From Adineta vaga (lineage: Eukaryota > Animalia > Rotifera): a stretch of DNA of 64,000 nucleotides. This document shows positions 40,410-53,300 of the stretch, piece by piece. The number at the start of each line of letters is the position of its first letter. The stretch's first letter is position 1. The stretch spans positions 11,470,001-11,534,000 of the forward strand of contig CP075495.1 of assembly GCA_021613535.1 (NCBI GenBank), given 5' to 3'. A program made the position numbers and the translations under genes. The notes under the pieces are model-generated. The model searched no databases. It worked only from the letters and a program-made list of their open reading frames with translations, and was not told the origin of the DNA.

Positions 40410-43142
40410 GATCAATATATATTTGTTTGTCAATAATGGCTCGTCAAAATGCTTTGATGATCTACATAGTATAGATCTAAAAACAAAAAAAAAACAAGAA
40501 GAAATTATTTTTATGCAATTGAGAGAAATGCATAAAGATTCTATAAGAATGATTATTTGTTAATGAAATGGAAGAACATAATAAAGCACAAACATTCTGT
40601 CAGCAGCGAAAGAAAAGAATATTTTTGTTGACCTGGCTTACATTAACTTTCATTGTATAATAACTATGAAGAATATTTTATATTTTATTTGAAGAATTAG
40701 AAGTATCTATTCACTACAGTAGAGAACTAGTATTGATCATCATTAACTTCAAAACTAAATTCTCAACATTGATAAGAATTTGATGTCAATAACATAAAAA
40801 CTAAATATTTTTCTGGTTTTTATTTTCTTTATACACACGATACGATTACCTATCGGTAACATGTGATAAAAAAGTCAATCTATCTTTACTTATCATATAA
40901 CATTACTGTGTCGTCGTTAAAACTATTAGTATTCAAAAACAAAATTGATCAATAATCAAAACAAGTCTATTCTAGTTTTAATGAATCATGCTCAATGAAG
41001 AAGCATTTGTTTGGGTAACCTACGAGATTCTTCTCTCTATACATCAAGAGAAACTTCAATGACGTCAGTCATTGTGAAAATGCATTTATTCAATTCAACA
41101 TTACATCGATGTCTGTTTAGTATTATAATAGAAATGCAAATAGGGAAGGAAAAAAATTGCATATGAGTCATTCCGTGATTCTATATTATTCTATTGACTT
41201 ATTTCCTATTATAGCAAATATATTCGTTTATTCATCACTAAAAGTCATTTATTATACAGTTTATATTACAAAAAAAATATTATCATATTTTTATAATCAA
41301 AATTACAATCAATTAACGTCAAGAAATAATCATTCTTTTTTCAATATATATTATCAACTGGTGACATCTGTGAACTCACTATCAAATAAATAAACTGATT
41401 GAAAATTCTAACGTGCTTTTAATTGTAGTTTAATTTATTAGAAAACAAGCAAGACTTAGCAAATGATTTCACATTCGTTTCTCATAAAAACTAAGTTGTT
41501 ATCGATAGTAATGTTTTACAAAACACGTACAATGTAAGTGAAACAGAATTATATGAACTGATATATTCTTTTTACTAGTAGAATCTAATGAGGGTGCTCC
41601 ATATGTCGATTTCGAACATTCAACCAGAACAAACTCGTTAAATTACATGATACAGATCGTCCGTTTTGAATTAAATGGTTTTTCTGAGTTTATTTTCGAA
41701 CGATATTTTCTTTTCTTACCAATAGACAAATAATATTGATCGATTTCTTTCGTTTATTACCATTCATATAAGGAAAACGTCCTAATCCATCATCAGATTT
41801 CTTCTCGAAGTTATGTAATTACTGAACAATATCAATATTATTATTAAAGACAATAAGTGCAAATTATGACAAATGATTAACGGACGACATCCAGACAATT
41901 CTTTCGGAGAAACAATCATAGCATATATTTCACGAAATGACTTTTAATATAAAATAAGATTTCTTATTCATGATTGACATCTTTTATTCAATACAAATGT
42001 TTATTTATTTACCGAATCAAAAATGTATAGCCATTAAATGCCGTAGGCGGTCTTAGTTAATAATCGCAATGTTGAATTGTTTGGATGATTTTCCATACAA
42101 TCTCCTTGGTTGACTCATTTATGAATACTTCACATCTGAACAAATAATGAACTGAAATGAAACACAAGTATCGGTGTAAATAATAGAATTTGTCAGAAAA
42201 ACCCAAAATTCAAGATGGTAATTAATAACAAGAGTCTAATATGAAATGAAAAATTTAAAAATAAGATTAATGATATCTTTATTGTGAATTATACTAAAGT
42301 ATAGTTTTATCTATTTATTTGTTTGGCAATGAATATAAACAAGGACGATGTCATAGACGTAAAACAGATGGGTTACTATAGAAAAATGAAAACCTTGTCG
42401 AATATCTTAATCTATATCGTATAACGCTAATTGAAGTATCATTGATCAAGGGAGAAGTATTGTCTCCAATATTTTGTCAAAAACAAAAACATTCTTCATA
42501 GAGAAGTTTTATTTAAAAAGATTATCGTCGAGTGTTTGAAAGAGCCGTTTTTTGTTGTCTTTTATCTTCATTTATTTTTTCATATATATATATTATATTA
42601 TATTAGCTTGGCATTTGGTTATAGAAAAAAAAAAGAAGTTGATATATCTTCTTGTGTCGGAGGTTTTTTTCTCGTCTAGATGAGAACGAAGACGAACAGG
42701 AGGCGGAAATACTTGACTGCGGCTGAAAAAGAGATGGTGGGAGAATAGCAAAAGAACGAAGAAAGAATGCGGTCTGTTCCTACAAATACAAATAAGAACG
42801 ACTGTCAATTACACTGCTACAATAGTGTTCGTTTTTTTTTCTTCTTACTATCGAGCGATTTTTTTTTTCTTGAGCAAACATTTCCTTAGCTCTCATTCTT
42901 TTGTGATTCAACACTGCAAATAATTCATATTTTCGACGATTACATCTGTATCTTACATCCAAATATCAATGGTTCTCTACAAGGAAATCACCAAAGAGGT
43001 AAGTTGTCACATGAGATTGAACTTAGAGTATAAATAAACTTTTTCGGTCTCGCGAGATATATATATATTTAAATTGATGTTTATTTCGAAAAAGCAAAAA
43101 GAATATAGTCCTAAAAATAGTTTTCAATTGGTGAGTTTTGCA

Positions 43143-43164
43143 TGTGTGTGTGTGTGTGTGTGTG
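43143..43164. repeat. (TG)11 microsatellite in the talin upstream/5'-UTR intron region
   Basis: tgtgtgtgtgtgtgtgtgtgtg. Confidence 0.9.
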
Positions 43165-44383
43165 AACGAACCTTATTTTTTCGAACCTTCACATACTATT
43201 TCGGCATGATCGTCAACAACCGAATTGATACGTTCATTAAACTTTGAACTACTTAATGTCTAGTATTTATACATATGAAAATAATTATATGATTATCGTT
43301 AATAGTTAAATGATTATTTCTTGTACAAACAACACGGAATTCATTCAAGCATATGATATGGATAATATGTATGAAGATTCAATTGCCAACTAATATTTAA
43401 TTTTCAAAATGATTAAAACGATCGACAATTTTTGATAAGAAACAAAAGCAATTATGATTCAATTAGAAAGAGAAAAGAAACAAAACCTATGTAGATAATT
43501 TCAAAAGAAAGAAATAATTATCAATGAAAATTGAAGTACTAGATAGAAATTTAATTTTGATCTGTTACCTTTTTTCTTGTTTACTTTTTTTATTATGTAA
43601 CTAATTTTATTATTTGCTGTTTTTGCTCTTTATGATTCACAGATATGTTTTGTTTTTCGTTTTTTTAATGATAGAAGAAAGGTAGAGTAGAACGTTTCGA
43701 TGACTACATACTGAGAATATATTCACACTGGGTAAAAATCATCTATATAATATTCTACCAATTCACATTATAACGATCATTATTACTAATGCGATTGTCG
43801 ACATACATCTAGTGTCTGTAATATTCAATGGACTGCGAATGGCACATATCCTTCATCTTCTAAATGCAATGGCTACGTGTACTGGTCAATCTCTGGCTTA
43901 GAACAACGAAGAGAAGAAAAAGAACGAGAAAAAAAAACATGATGAAGGTTCATTGTTAACTGAACAGGACAGACGAGAAAGAAAGAAGAGAAGAGAAGAG
44001 GAGTTCTTTTTTTTATGTTGCCTCTTTTTTTCTTTCTCTTCTTTTGAACCATTGAACACCAACTGCAGAACATCGGACACATATACTTGCCATCGGGTCG
44101 AACGTGTTCTATGTTGATTTTTGCTCGTCTTCTTACTTGCTCACTTATAATAGAATCGATTTCCTGGAAGAATAGTAAACGCGATAATAGTGAACTAGAT
44201 AAAGAGTTTTTCTTTTCTTTTTTTTTGTAGAATAGGATTCAATTTCATTATTTATCATCGTCAATAGTAACATTTTTCTATCTATCTATATTTCAGAGGT
44301 ATGTTTGCGAGCGAACGAGTCAAAATAACGAACAACAACAACAGCAATTACAACAGCAACGAACATTTATTGATAGTGGTATA

Positions 44384-47300
44384 ATGGTAGCAAATAACGG
44401 AACGACAACAATTAATGGGAATGTGAGTAGTGGACATATGGTCACATTGAATATCCATGTTCCACGAGATAAAATTGTTCAACCTATGCAATTTGATGTT
44501 CAAATGTTCATTGGTGATATCTGTCGAAGTATTCAAGGACATTTACCAATAACATATGATCATGATTGTAAGATTAGAAAAGAAATAGAATATTTTATTC
44601 CTTTATCGATTTTATTTTCTCGATTTAGTATCAGAATATGGACTAGTAAATGATGGACTTCATACATCTAGAAGTTATTGGCTTGATCCATCAAGAACAT
44701 TAAATTATTATGCTTTAAAATCAGGAGTATGATCATAGAATTAAATTTATTCCGTAACGATTTATTCGTTTCTATTATTGTTTAGGATAATGTCGAATTT
44801 AAAAATAAATATCGACCATTAAAAATTCGTTTATTAGATGGAACAATTCGAACGATTCTTGTTGATGATTCATTAATAGTTGCACAATTAATGGTTTATA
44901 TTTGTACGAAATTTGGTATAGCTAATTATGATGAATATTCCCTTATTTATGATCTTGATGCTGATGATGGTGGTAATAGTACAAAAACAGCAACTCTACG
45001 TCGAGTAAAATTGTCATTTGATATACAAATAAATTTTTCATTTTGATCTTCTTCTTTAGGAACGATCTCTCCAACGAACTGATAAAAAAATGGAGGAACT
45101 AAAGAAAAAATGTCATACCGATGATGATAGTTCGTTTTGATTGAGAATTTTATTTTCATTTGTTTTCATATTGTTTATTGTAGCTCTATGGCTTGATCAT
45201 TCGAAAACCTTACGACAACAAGATATAGATGAACAATCGATTGTAGTTTTACGACGAAAATATTTCTTTTCTGATACAAATATTGATCAAAGTGATCCTG
45301 TTCAATTAAATTTACTTTATATACAAGTAAAATATCATGAAACTTGAATATTTTTCTATCTTTTTCTATCTTTTTTTAAGTGTCGAAATGGAATTCTTGA
45401 TGGTACGCATCCCGTAACATATGATGAAGCCATTCAATTTGCTGGTCTACAAAGTCAAATACAATTTGGTAATTACCAAGAATCAAAACATAAACCAAAT
45501 GTTCTTGAGTAAGTAAATATGTTTTGTTTGATCACAAATGATAGAATATCAAGAAAAGAAAACAGAATTTTATATGCTTCTTTCTGTCTCAAAAATAGTT
45601 GTTGTAATAATTGTTCATCAAATGAATTTTATTATCGAATGGAGATGCGGTAAACTTACGCTGAAGATTGATGGCTGCTAAGAAATGCAAAGCTTCATAT
45701 CCTTATAGTTCCTTGCATGTTTTTTTTTCACCGAGAAAACTTCAGAAAAGAGCGATTTGTTTTGCTAAATTTATATATTTAATATTCATGCAGAAGTGAA
45801 ATGATTTTCTATGTTTTTGCTTTTCAGAATTCGAGAATTTCTTCCGAAAGAATATACCAAAACTAAAGGTGTTGAAAAGCGTATATTTCAAGTAAGTAGA
45901 TAAAACATATATATATATGAAATTTTTATTTTTCATCTTATAGGAACATAAAAAATTACATGATGTATCTGAACTTGATGCGAAATTAAAATATACACAA
46001 TTATGTCGATCACTACGAACATATGGTGTCACATTTTTTCTTGTTAAAGTAAAGCAAAATGAATCAAAATTTCATTTAAATGCTAATTTTCTTTTTCTTT
46101 CAAAAGGAGAAAATGTCTGGAAAGAATAAACTTGTTCCACGTTTACTTGGTGTTACGAAAGAATCAATTGTTCGAGTAGATGAACGTACAAAAGAAGTAA
46201 CTATTATAATCAATCACGAAGAAAAATCATGACGAATTGAATTTTTTTTTCTTTTAGTTTCTTGAACATTGGCCCTTGACACATGTAAAACGATGGACAG
46301 CATCACCTAATACTTTTACACTGGTATGAAACGCTTCTTTTTCTTACAGTAGACAGTTATTAGTCATATTCGATTTGTTTGCGTAGGATTTTGGAGATTA
46401 TGCTACTGCTTATTATTCCGTACAAACAAATGAAGGTCAACAAATATCACAATTAATTGCAGGATATATCGATATTATTCTCAAAAAAGTTTGTATTTTT
46501 AAACTTACTCAATTTTATTGAATTTGATTTTTCATGATGATGCAGAAAAAAGATCAAGGATTTTCCATTCGCGATGGTTTACATGATGAAGAAGCAACAA
46601 TGATTGAAGATATCATTGCACCTGGAAGGTAAGATATTCTCTTGAACATTCAATTTTCGACAATTTTTCATTTATATAGAGCAACAATTATTCAACCCCA
46701 TCATCCCTCACATGGTTATGTTCATCACGAAAATATCTATTCACCACCATTAATTCATGGTGTATACGCTGGTAAATAATGATTAGTTTTTATTGAAATT
46801 ATCTGAGCAAAATCTGATATTTATTTTACTCTTGTCAATTGTTAAAGCAACCATCTATTTAAATTCATAGTACATGACGTGAATATCCTAGAAACTATAT
46901 TTTACATCGATGTCGATGAAATTATTTGAATTTTATAATAGAAAATATTTGTTTTTATTTCTACTCAAGATATGCCAGTTCATCCTCATTATCAATACTA
47001 TGTACCTGAATACTATCCTGGTCCACCGTATCCACTTTATTCTGATCAAGAACATGATGATTATTTCGTTTCTCAGATACATGTAAAACCAGCTTCTTTT
47101 TTTCTTTCTATTTCTATGTAAATCATTATCTTCCCTTCTCTTCATTCATTTTAAGGAACAACCACCTTTATCATCTATCTTACATGGTGGTAGCGGGGGT
47201 ACAGTTTTATTCTCTTCGATTGAAAATGCTCGAAATGCTGTGAATTATGCGCAATCTCAATTAGCACGTGAATTACAAATGGAATATACGCATCAACCAA

Positions 47301-50300
47301 CAGCTTCTCTAATGGTAAATGATCTTTTTTTCTTCGTTTTCTTTGAGTTTAAAAGAATTATTTCTAAGGATGATCAACAAGAATATTCAATACAAGATCG
47401 TCTCGATGTCAGTCAACAATTGTTAACAAGTGAATTATCAGCAATCAATGCTTCAACAGCTCAAATCGTTATATTAACATCGGATCCAAATCATAATCAA
47501 CAATTAAATCGTCGAAATTCTGAATATAATCATTCGTTAGGTGCCGCAATTTCTACAATAACAAATAATTTGAATGAATTTTGTAAAGAAATGGATGTGT
47601 ATACAAATCTAATTAATGATAAAACAAATCTTATGGATCAAGCAAGTCGTTTATGTTCAACATTTAATGATCTATTAACACATATCGAAGCATTATCGGA
47701 TAATCAGACAGATTCATCTATTCGACAAAATATTTTATTAACTGCAAGTCGTTTAGGAGAAATAAGTCAAGATCTTGTTCGACGTTTAGCAAGTGAAATA
47801 ACAATAAATCCATTTGATTCTTCGATTGAATATCAAGATAAATTATTAGCGTTAGCAAAAGCTGTTGCAAATACAACGGCTGCATATGTTTTAAAAGCCA
47901 AAGATATTGCAACTAATGTACAAGATCAACAAAATATCAATGAAATTATTTCAACAGCAACACAATGTGCTTTAGCAACATCACAATTAGTTGCTTGTAC
48001 TAAAGTATGACTGACATTCATATGATTTTCGATAAAATAACAATTTTTTCTTTCAATTATAGGTTGTTGCTGCAACAATTTCGAGTCCTTTATGTCAAGA
48101 ACAATTAATTGAATCTGCTCGTAGTATAACACGTTCGATCGAAGCTGTTCTTCAATCATGTAAACCTCCAATTACTACTGAAGAATTACATTTAGAATTG
48201 AATGAAGCTGGTCTAACTATTCGTAAAAGTCTCAATGATTTTTTACTTCATATCAAATTAGTCACAGATAGTTTAGCCGATAATTCTGATGGTAGTTATT
48301 TATTTTCTACAAATGGAAAAAAACATCTTGGAATCGATAAACAAACAACGATAACAACAACAATTTCGCGTCGTATGCTTGCTAATGATGAAATTGAAGA
48401 AGAAGACGAAGAACAAGATGAAGAAACATTAATGACAAGAAAATATCATGATCAATCGATTGATCAAATTTTAACAGCAAGTGATCGATTATTTTCGTCC
48501 GTTGGTGATGCTGTAGAAATGGTTAAACAAGCGAAAGTTTTAGCACAAGCAACAGCTCAACTTGTTACATCACTAAGACAACAAGCTGAATTAGCAAGTG
48601 ATGATATAGATCAACAAAATAAATTATTATCAGCTGCTAAAATGCTCGCTGATGCAACTGCAAAAATGGTAGATTCAGCAAAAAATTGTGCTGCAAAGCC
48701 AAATGATACGCAATTACAATATGAATTAAAACGTACAGCTGAAGAACTTCGGTAAAGTTCAAATAAAATCGTAATTTTTCTTTTCAAACATATCTATCTT
48801 TTTTTTTAGATCAGCAACAAATATTGCTACAAGTAATAGTATCAAACGAAAAATACTTAAACGTGTTGAACAATGTGCTCGACATTGCGCATCATGTGCA
48901 ACACAATGTATTGCTGCTACATCCGGTTCAGCGATGACAAATAAAAATCAACAATCCCATCAACATCTTGTTGAACAATGTAAAACTGTTGCTGATTTAA
49001 TACCAAAAGTTGTTCAAGGTATTCGTGGTTGTATGGTTAAACCAGATTCATTTTCCTCTCAAGCAAATCTATTGAATGCATGTGAAGATTTTCTTGTACC
49101 AGCAACACGTTTAGCTAATTTAGCTAAAGCATCTGTACCAACTGTTCACGATCAATCTCAAGCTTTACATTTAAATAATAGTTCGAAACAATTGACACAA
49201 GCATTGATTGATCTTCGTACTTATTTAACTCGAGTAAGAAAACATGAGATTTGTTTTTCACAGGAAAAGAAAGAAAAGAAAAATAATTTCTTTTGCTTAG
49301 GCACAAGAATTATGTGGAACTGTACCACTTGATGTAGAATCTATTGTTGAATCTATTGAAACACTTGATAGAGAATTACAAGAAATCAAACGACAAGCAA
49401 AAGATGGACATTTAAGACCGAAAGCTGATGAAACAGTGAGTTATTTTTCTTGAATTCACAACGACCTACTTATGATCTTCTTCGCTTTTTTTCTCTCAAT
49501 TAGATTGCTACGTCTCTGCTCAATTATGTTCTGTATGTAAACAAGTAAATACAATAATTTCTCAACTTCTCAGTGCTGTCACTCAAGTATGTCTTTTATT
49601 TTTCTCATTTTTCAACTGTGTAATTCTCTTAAAATTTAGAGTGATGAAAAAACTGTTGAAACGTGTACACGTGAAATTCTTCAAACACTTCGTAAATTAA
49701 CAAATTCAACTCGTGGCATTGCTGCAACATCGAAAGATCATCAAATTCAAGAATCCATTATTGAACGTTCACATGAAGTCCTCGAACATTCAACAAATCT
49801 TGTTCGTGAAGCTAAAAAAGCGATTCATACACCCGATGATCATGAAATACAAAATAAACTTGCTGAAATTGCTCGTGATGTTTCATCAGCATTGAATGCT
49901 TGTATAGCAGCTATGCCATCTCAACGTTATTTAGATGAAGCTATTAAACAAATGTCAGAATATGTCTACATATTAGCTGGTCCATTTGATCGAAATACAA
50001 CTACATCAACAAAAATTATCGAAGAAAAACAAAACGATATTAATCGTTCAGCAGCAACTTTAAATCAAGCAACAACGGATATAATTCTTAGTACGCATGC
50101 AGGTTCAACACAAGATTTAGCAAAAACATCAACAAGTTTTACACGTGCTTTTGGAGAGTTTATGAATAATGGTATTGAGTTAGTTAAACATCAACAAGAA
50201 GATGAGAAACGTACACATTTGATTACATCATTAAAAAATGTTCATTCATCAACAAATCAATTATTAGAAAAAGCGAAAACAGTTTCTCTCGATCCACAAC

Positions 50301-53300
50301 CGGCTACAATAACGAATGAAACGAAACAACAATTAGCAAATGCAGCACGAGTGGTCACAGATAATATTAATAATGTTATAACGGTGTGTTTAACATCAAA
50401 ATCAACATCTGAAAAAACGATTGGTCGTTCAGAATGTGAAAATGCCATACGAGAAATGGAAACATCAAAAACATGTTTACAACAACCTGTTTTACAACCA
50501 TGTAATAATCATTCATATTACGAAGCATTAGATCATGTAGTCGATAATTCCAAACGATTAGGTGAAGCGATGACACATATTGCTAGTGCATCCAAAAATA
50601 GCAATCATCAATTATTTACTCAAGCTGTCCAAGATGCTTCAACAGCTGTTTGTCATTTAGCTGAATCATCTGCACAAGTAAAATGATATATTAATCCGTG
50701 AATTTCATTTTAATATTTTAATATGTCTAGGCAAGTTATTTAATTGGTGTTTCAGAAACAAACTCATCAAAAGGAACTTCAGCAGTTGTTGATCAACCAT
50801 TATTTACTCAATCTGTTACTGCTATTCGACATGCATGTTCAGATCTATCAAATCCAAACATTGATAGAAAAGACGTAAGTCACCTTTTCTTTTTCTTCGA
50901 ATAAATAACTGGGTATTTTTGGTATTGCACAATCAAAATATAGCAGTTGCACGTCACGATGATTCATACTTTCTCTTCATTTTTACCCTATAGGTTTTGA
51001 TACTCGCAACTACAGTTGCAAAGAATACATCAGTTCTATGCAATGCTGCTCGCGATGCATCATCGAATACAACAAATCCAATTGCTCGACGTCGTTTTGT
51101 TGAATCAGCTAAAGATGTGGCGAATGCTACAGCTGAACTTGTTCGAACAATAAAAGTTTGTTTTTCTTTTTTAATTTCAAACTTATACACGTACATATAA
51201 TTATATACTTCATTTATAGGTATTGGATAATTCGTATACACAAGAAAATCATCGGCAATGTATTGAAACAAGCCGTCCATTACTTCAAAATATTGATGAA
51301 CTTTATACATATGCAATGTCAAAAGAATTTGCTAGTGTACCAGCTTCGATCAGTGTTACGGTATAGATTTATATTATTGAATTAGGATTTTTTTCTACAT
51401 TATATTTAACTCGAATAGGGACGTCAATTACAAGAACCTGTTCTATCAGCAGCTCGAAAAGTTGTTGATGGTGCATGTCATATTGTTGATTGTTCGAAAA
51501 CTTTAATTATCAATCCAAAAGAACCGATACAATGGCAACAATTAGCTACACATACAAAGGGTGTCTCTGAATCAATCAAACGTTTAGCCACAGCAGTAAA
51601 GTATGTCACTGAAAATTTATTTTTCAATCATAAAAAAAAACGATATTCTTTATCTTCAAATAGAGAAATGGCACCTGGACAAAGAGAATGTGACAGAGCT
51701 ATTGAAGATCTTCGAAAATTATTTCAAGAAGTTGATACAGCTATCACCAATATTGATATATTACGTAAAACAGATAAATCTCTTCAGGTACGATACCGCA
51801 AATCAAAGAATAATCAGTCAATGTTCTATATTAACAAATCTCTTTTATAGTTTCATCAAGAACAAATTTCATCTACATCGCATTTTATTACTGAATTAGT
51901 TATTGATATTCGTCAATCATCTAAACGTGATGCTGAACGAATTGGTTCTTATGTTACACAATTTGTTACCTATATCGAACCATTTGTACATCATACAATT
52001 GATTATGTTTCATGTATGATTCATCCACGAGAAAAATGTCTTATATTAGAACAAGTGAAATCAATTGTTGAAACAAGTTTACAATTATTAATGGGCACAA
52101 AAGAATCAGGTGGAAATATGAAAAATAGTCAATGGCATAAAGTTGTCGATGATAATAGTGAATTATTAACACGATCGATTCATAAATTAGTTCATACATT
52201 AGAAGATCAATCATCATCAATTGGAATTATGAGTGGTTTAAGTGAAAATATTCGTAAATTAATATCAACATTGGATACAACAATGTTAACAAATCAAGGT
52301 CATTTTGTTGATTATCAAACGTGTATGGTGGGAATTTTACGACAAATGGCACGAACCACACAAGAAATTTTAACACAAAGTAATCATACGGATCATATTC
52401 GTCATTTAGCAAATCAATTAACACGAGAATATAATGAATTAATTAATGCAACTTATGGTGCTATTGGAACAGCAACAACGAATGATTTAGCAACACGTAT
52501 TAAAAGTGTTGTAGCAGATTTAGGTTTAACATGTGTGGAATTAATCGAAAAATTAGGTTTATATCAACAGAATAATCATGATCAAAATTTAAAACAAGAT
52601 TTAGAAATTTTATGTCATAAAGTCATAGAAAAAGTATTATATTATTTATCAAGAAAGAGCTTTTTCGATTTCGTTCATTTGTTCTTAGATTTCATATGTA
52701 CTCGCTGCTTTACAAGCAAGTGCACGTGGGACACAAGCATGTATCAATGCTGCAAGTACTGTTAGTGGAATTATTGCTGATCTCGTAAGAATTCAATTTA
52801 TTCTTTGATAAAAAAACGAATTATGAACCTTTATCTTTCTCATCAGGATACAACAATTCTATTTGCAACAGCTGGTACATTAAATTCTGAACAAGATGAT
52901 GAAACATTTGCTGATCATCGTGAAGCGATACTAAAAACAGCAAAAGCTCTTGTTGAAGATACAAAAACGTTAGTTGCAGGTGCAGCATCATCACAAGAAC
53001 AACTCGCATCAGCTGCTCAAGCAGCTGTACGTACAATAACTAAGGTAATAAGCATATAAATGAGACTAGATGCTATTATAATAGTTTAGAAGATTATTTT
53101 GATACCTAATGGAAATGATCTATAAATGACTATGATGTTATCTTTGCTCCTATCGATAAATATTGTGAAGATACTAATGATCATATATTAGATAGAAGTT
53201 AAATAAATAATCGATTGTTTTGGTAAACTCAACTGTTTATGGAAATTTGTTGAAGATAGATGGAGAGACAATTGACATCAATCGTTACTGACTAACAACC

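Noticed and set aside
41570-42140. Patches of higher-complexity sequence in the large intergenic region, possibly a pseudogene or TE remnant
   Set aside because: No sustained ORF, consistent splice structure or recognisable motif.
42593-44082. Short ORFs in the talin upstream region
   Set aside because: Low-complexity Phe/Lys-rich translations of A/T tracts; the region looks like promoter and 5'-UTR introns.
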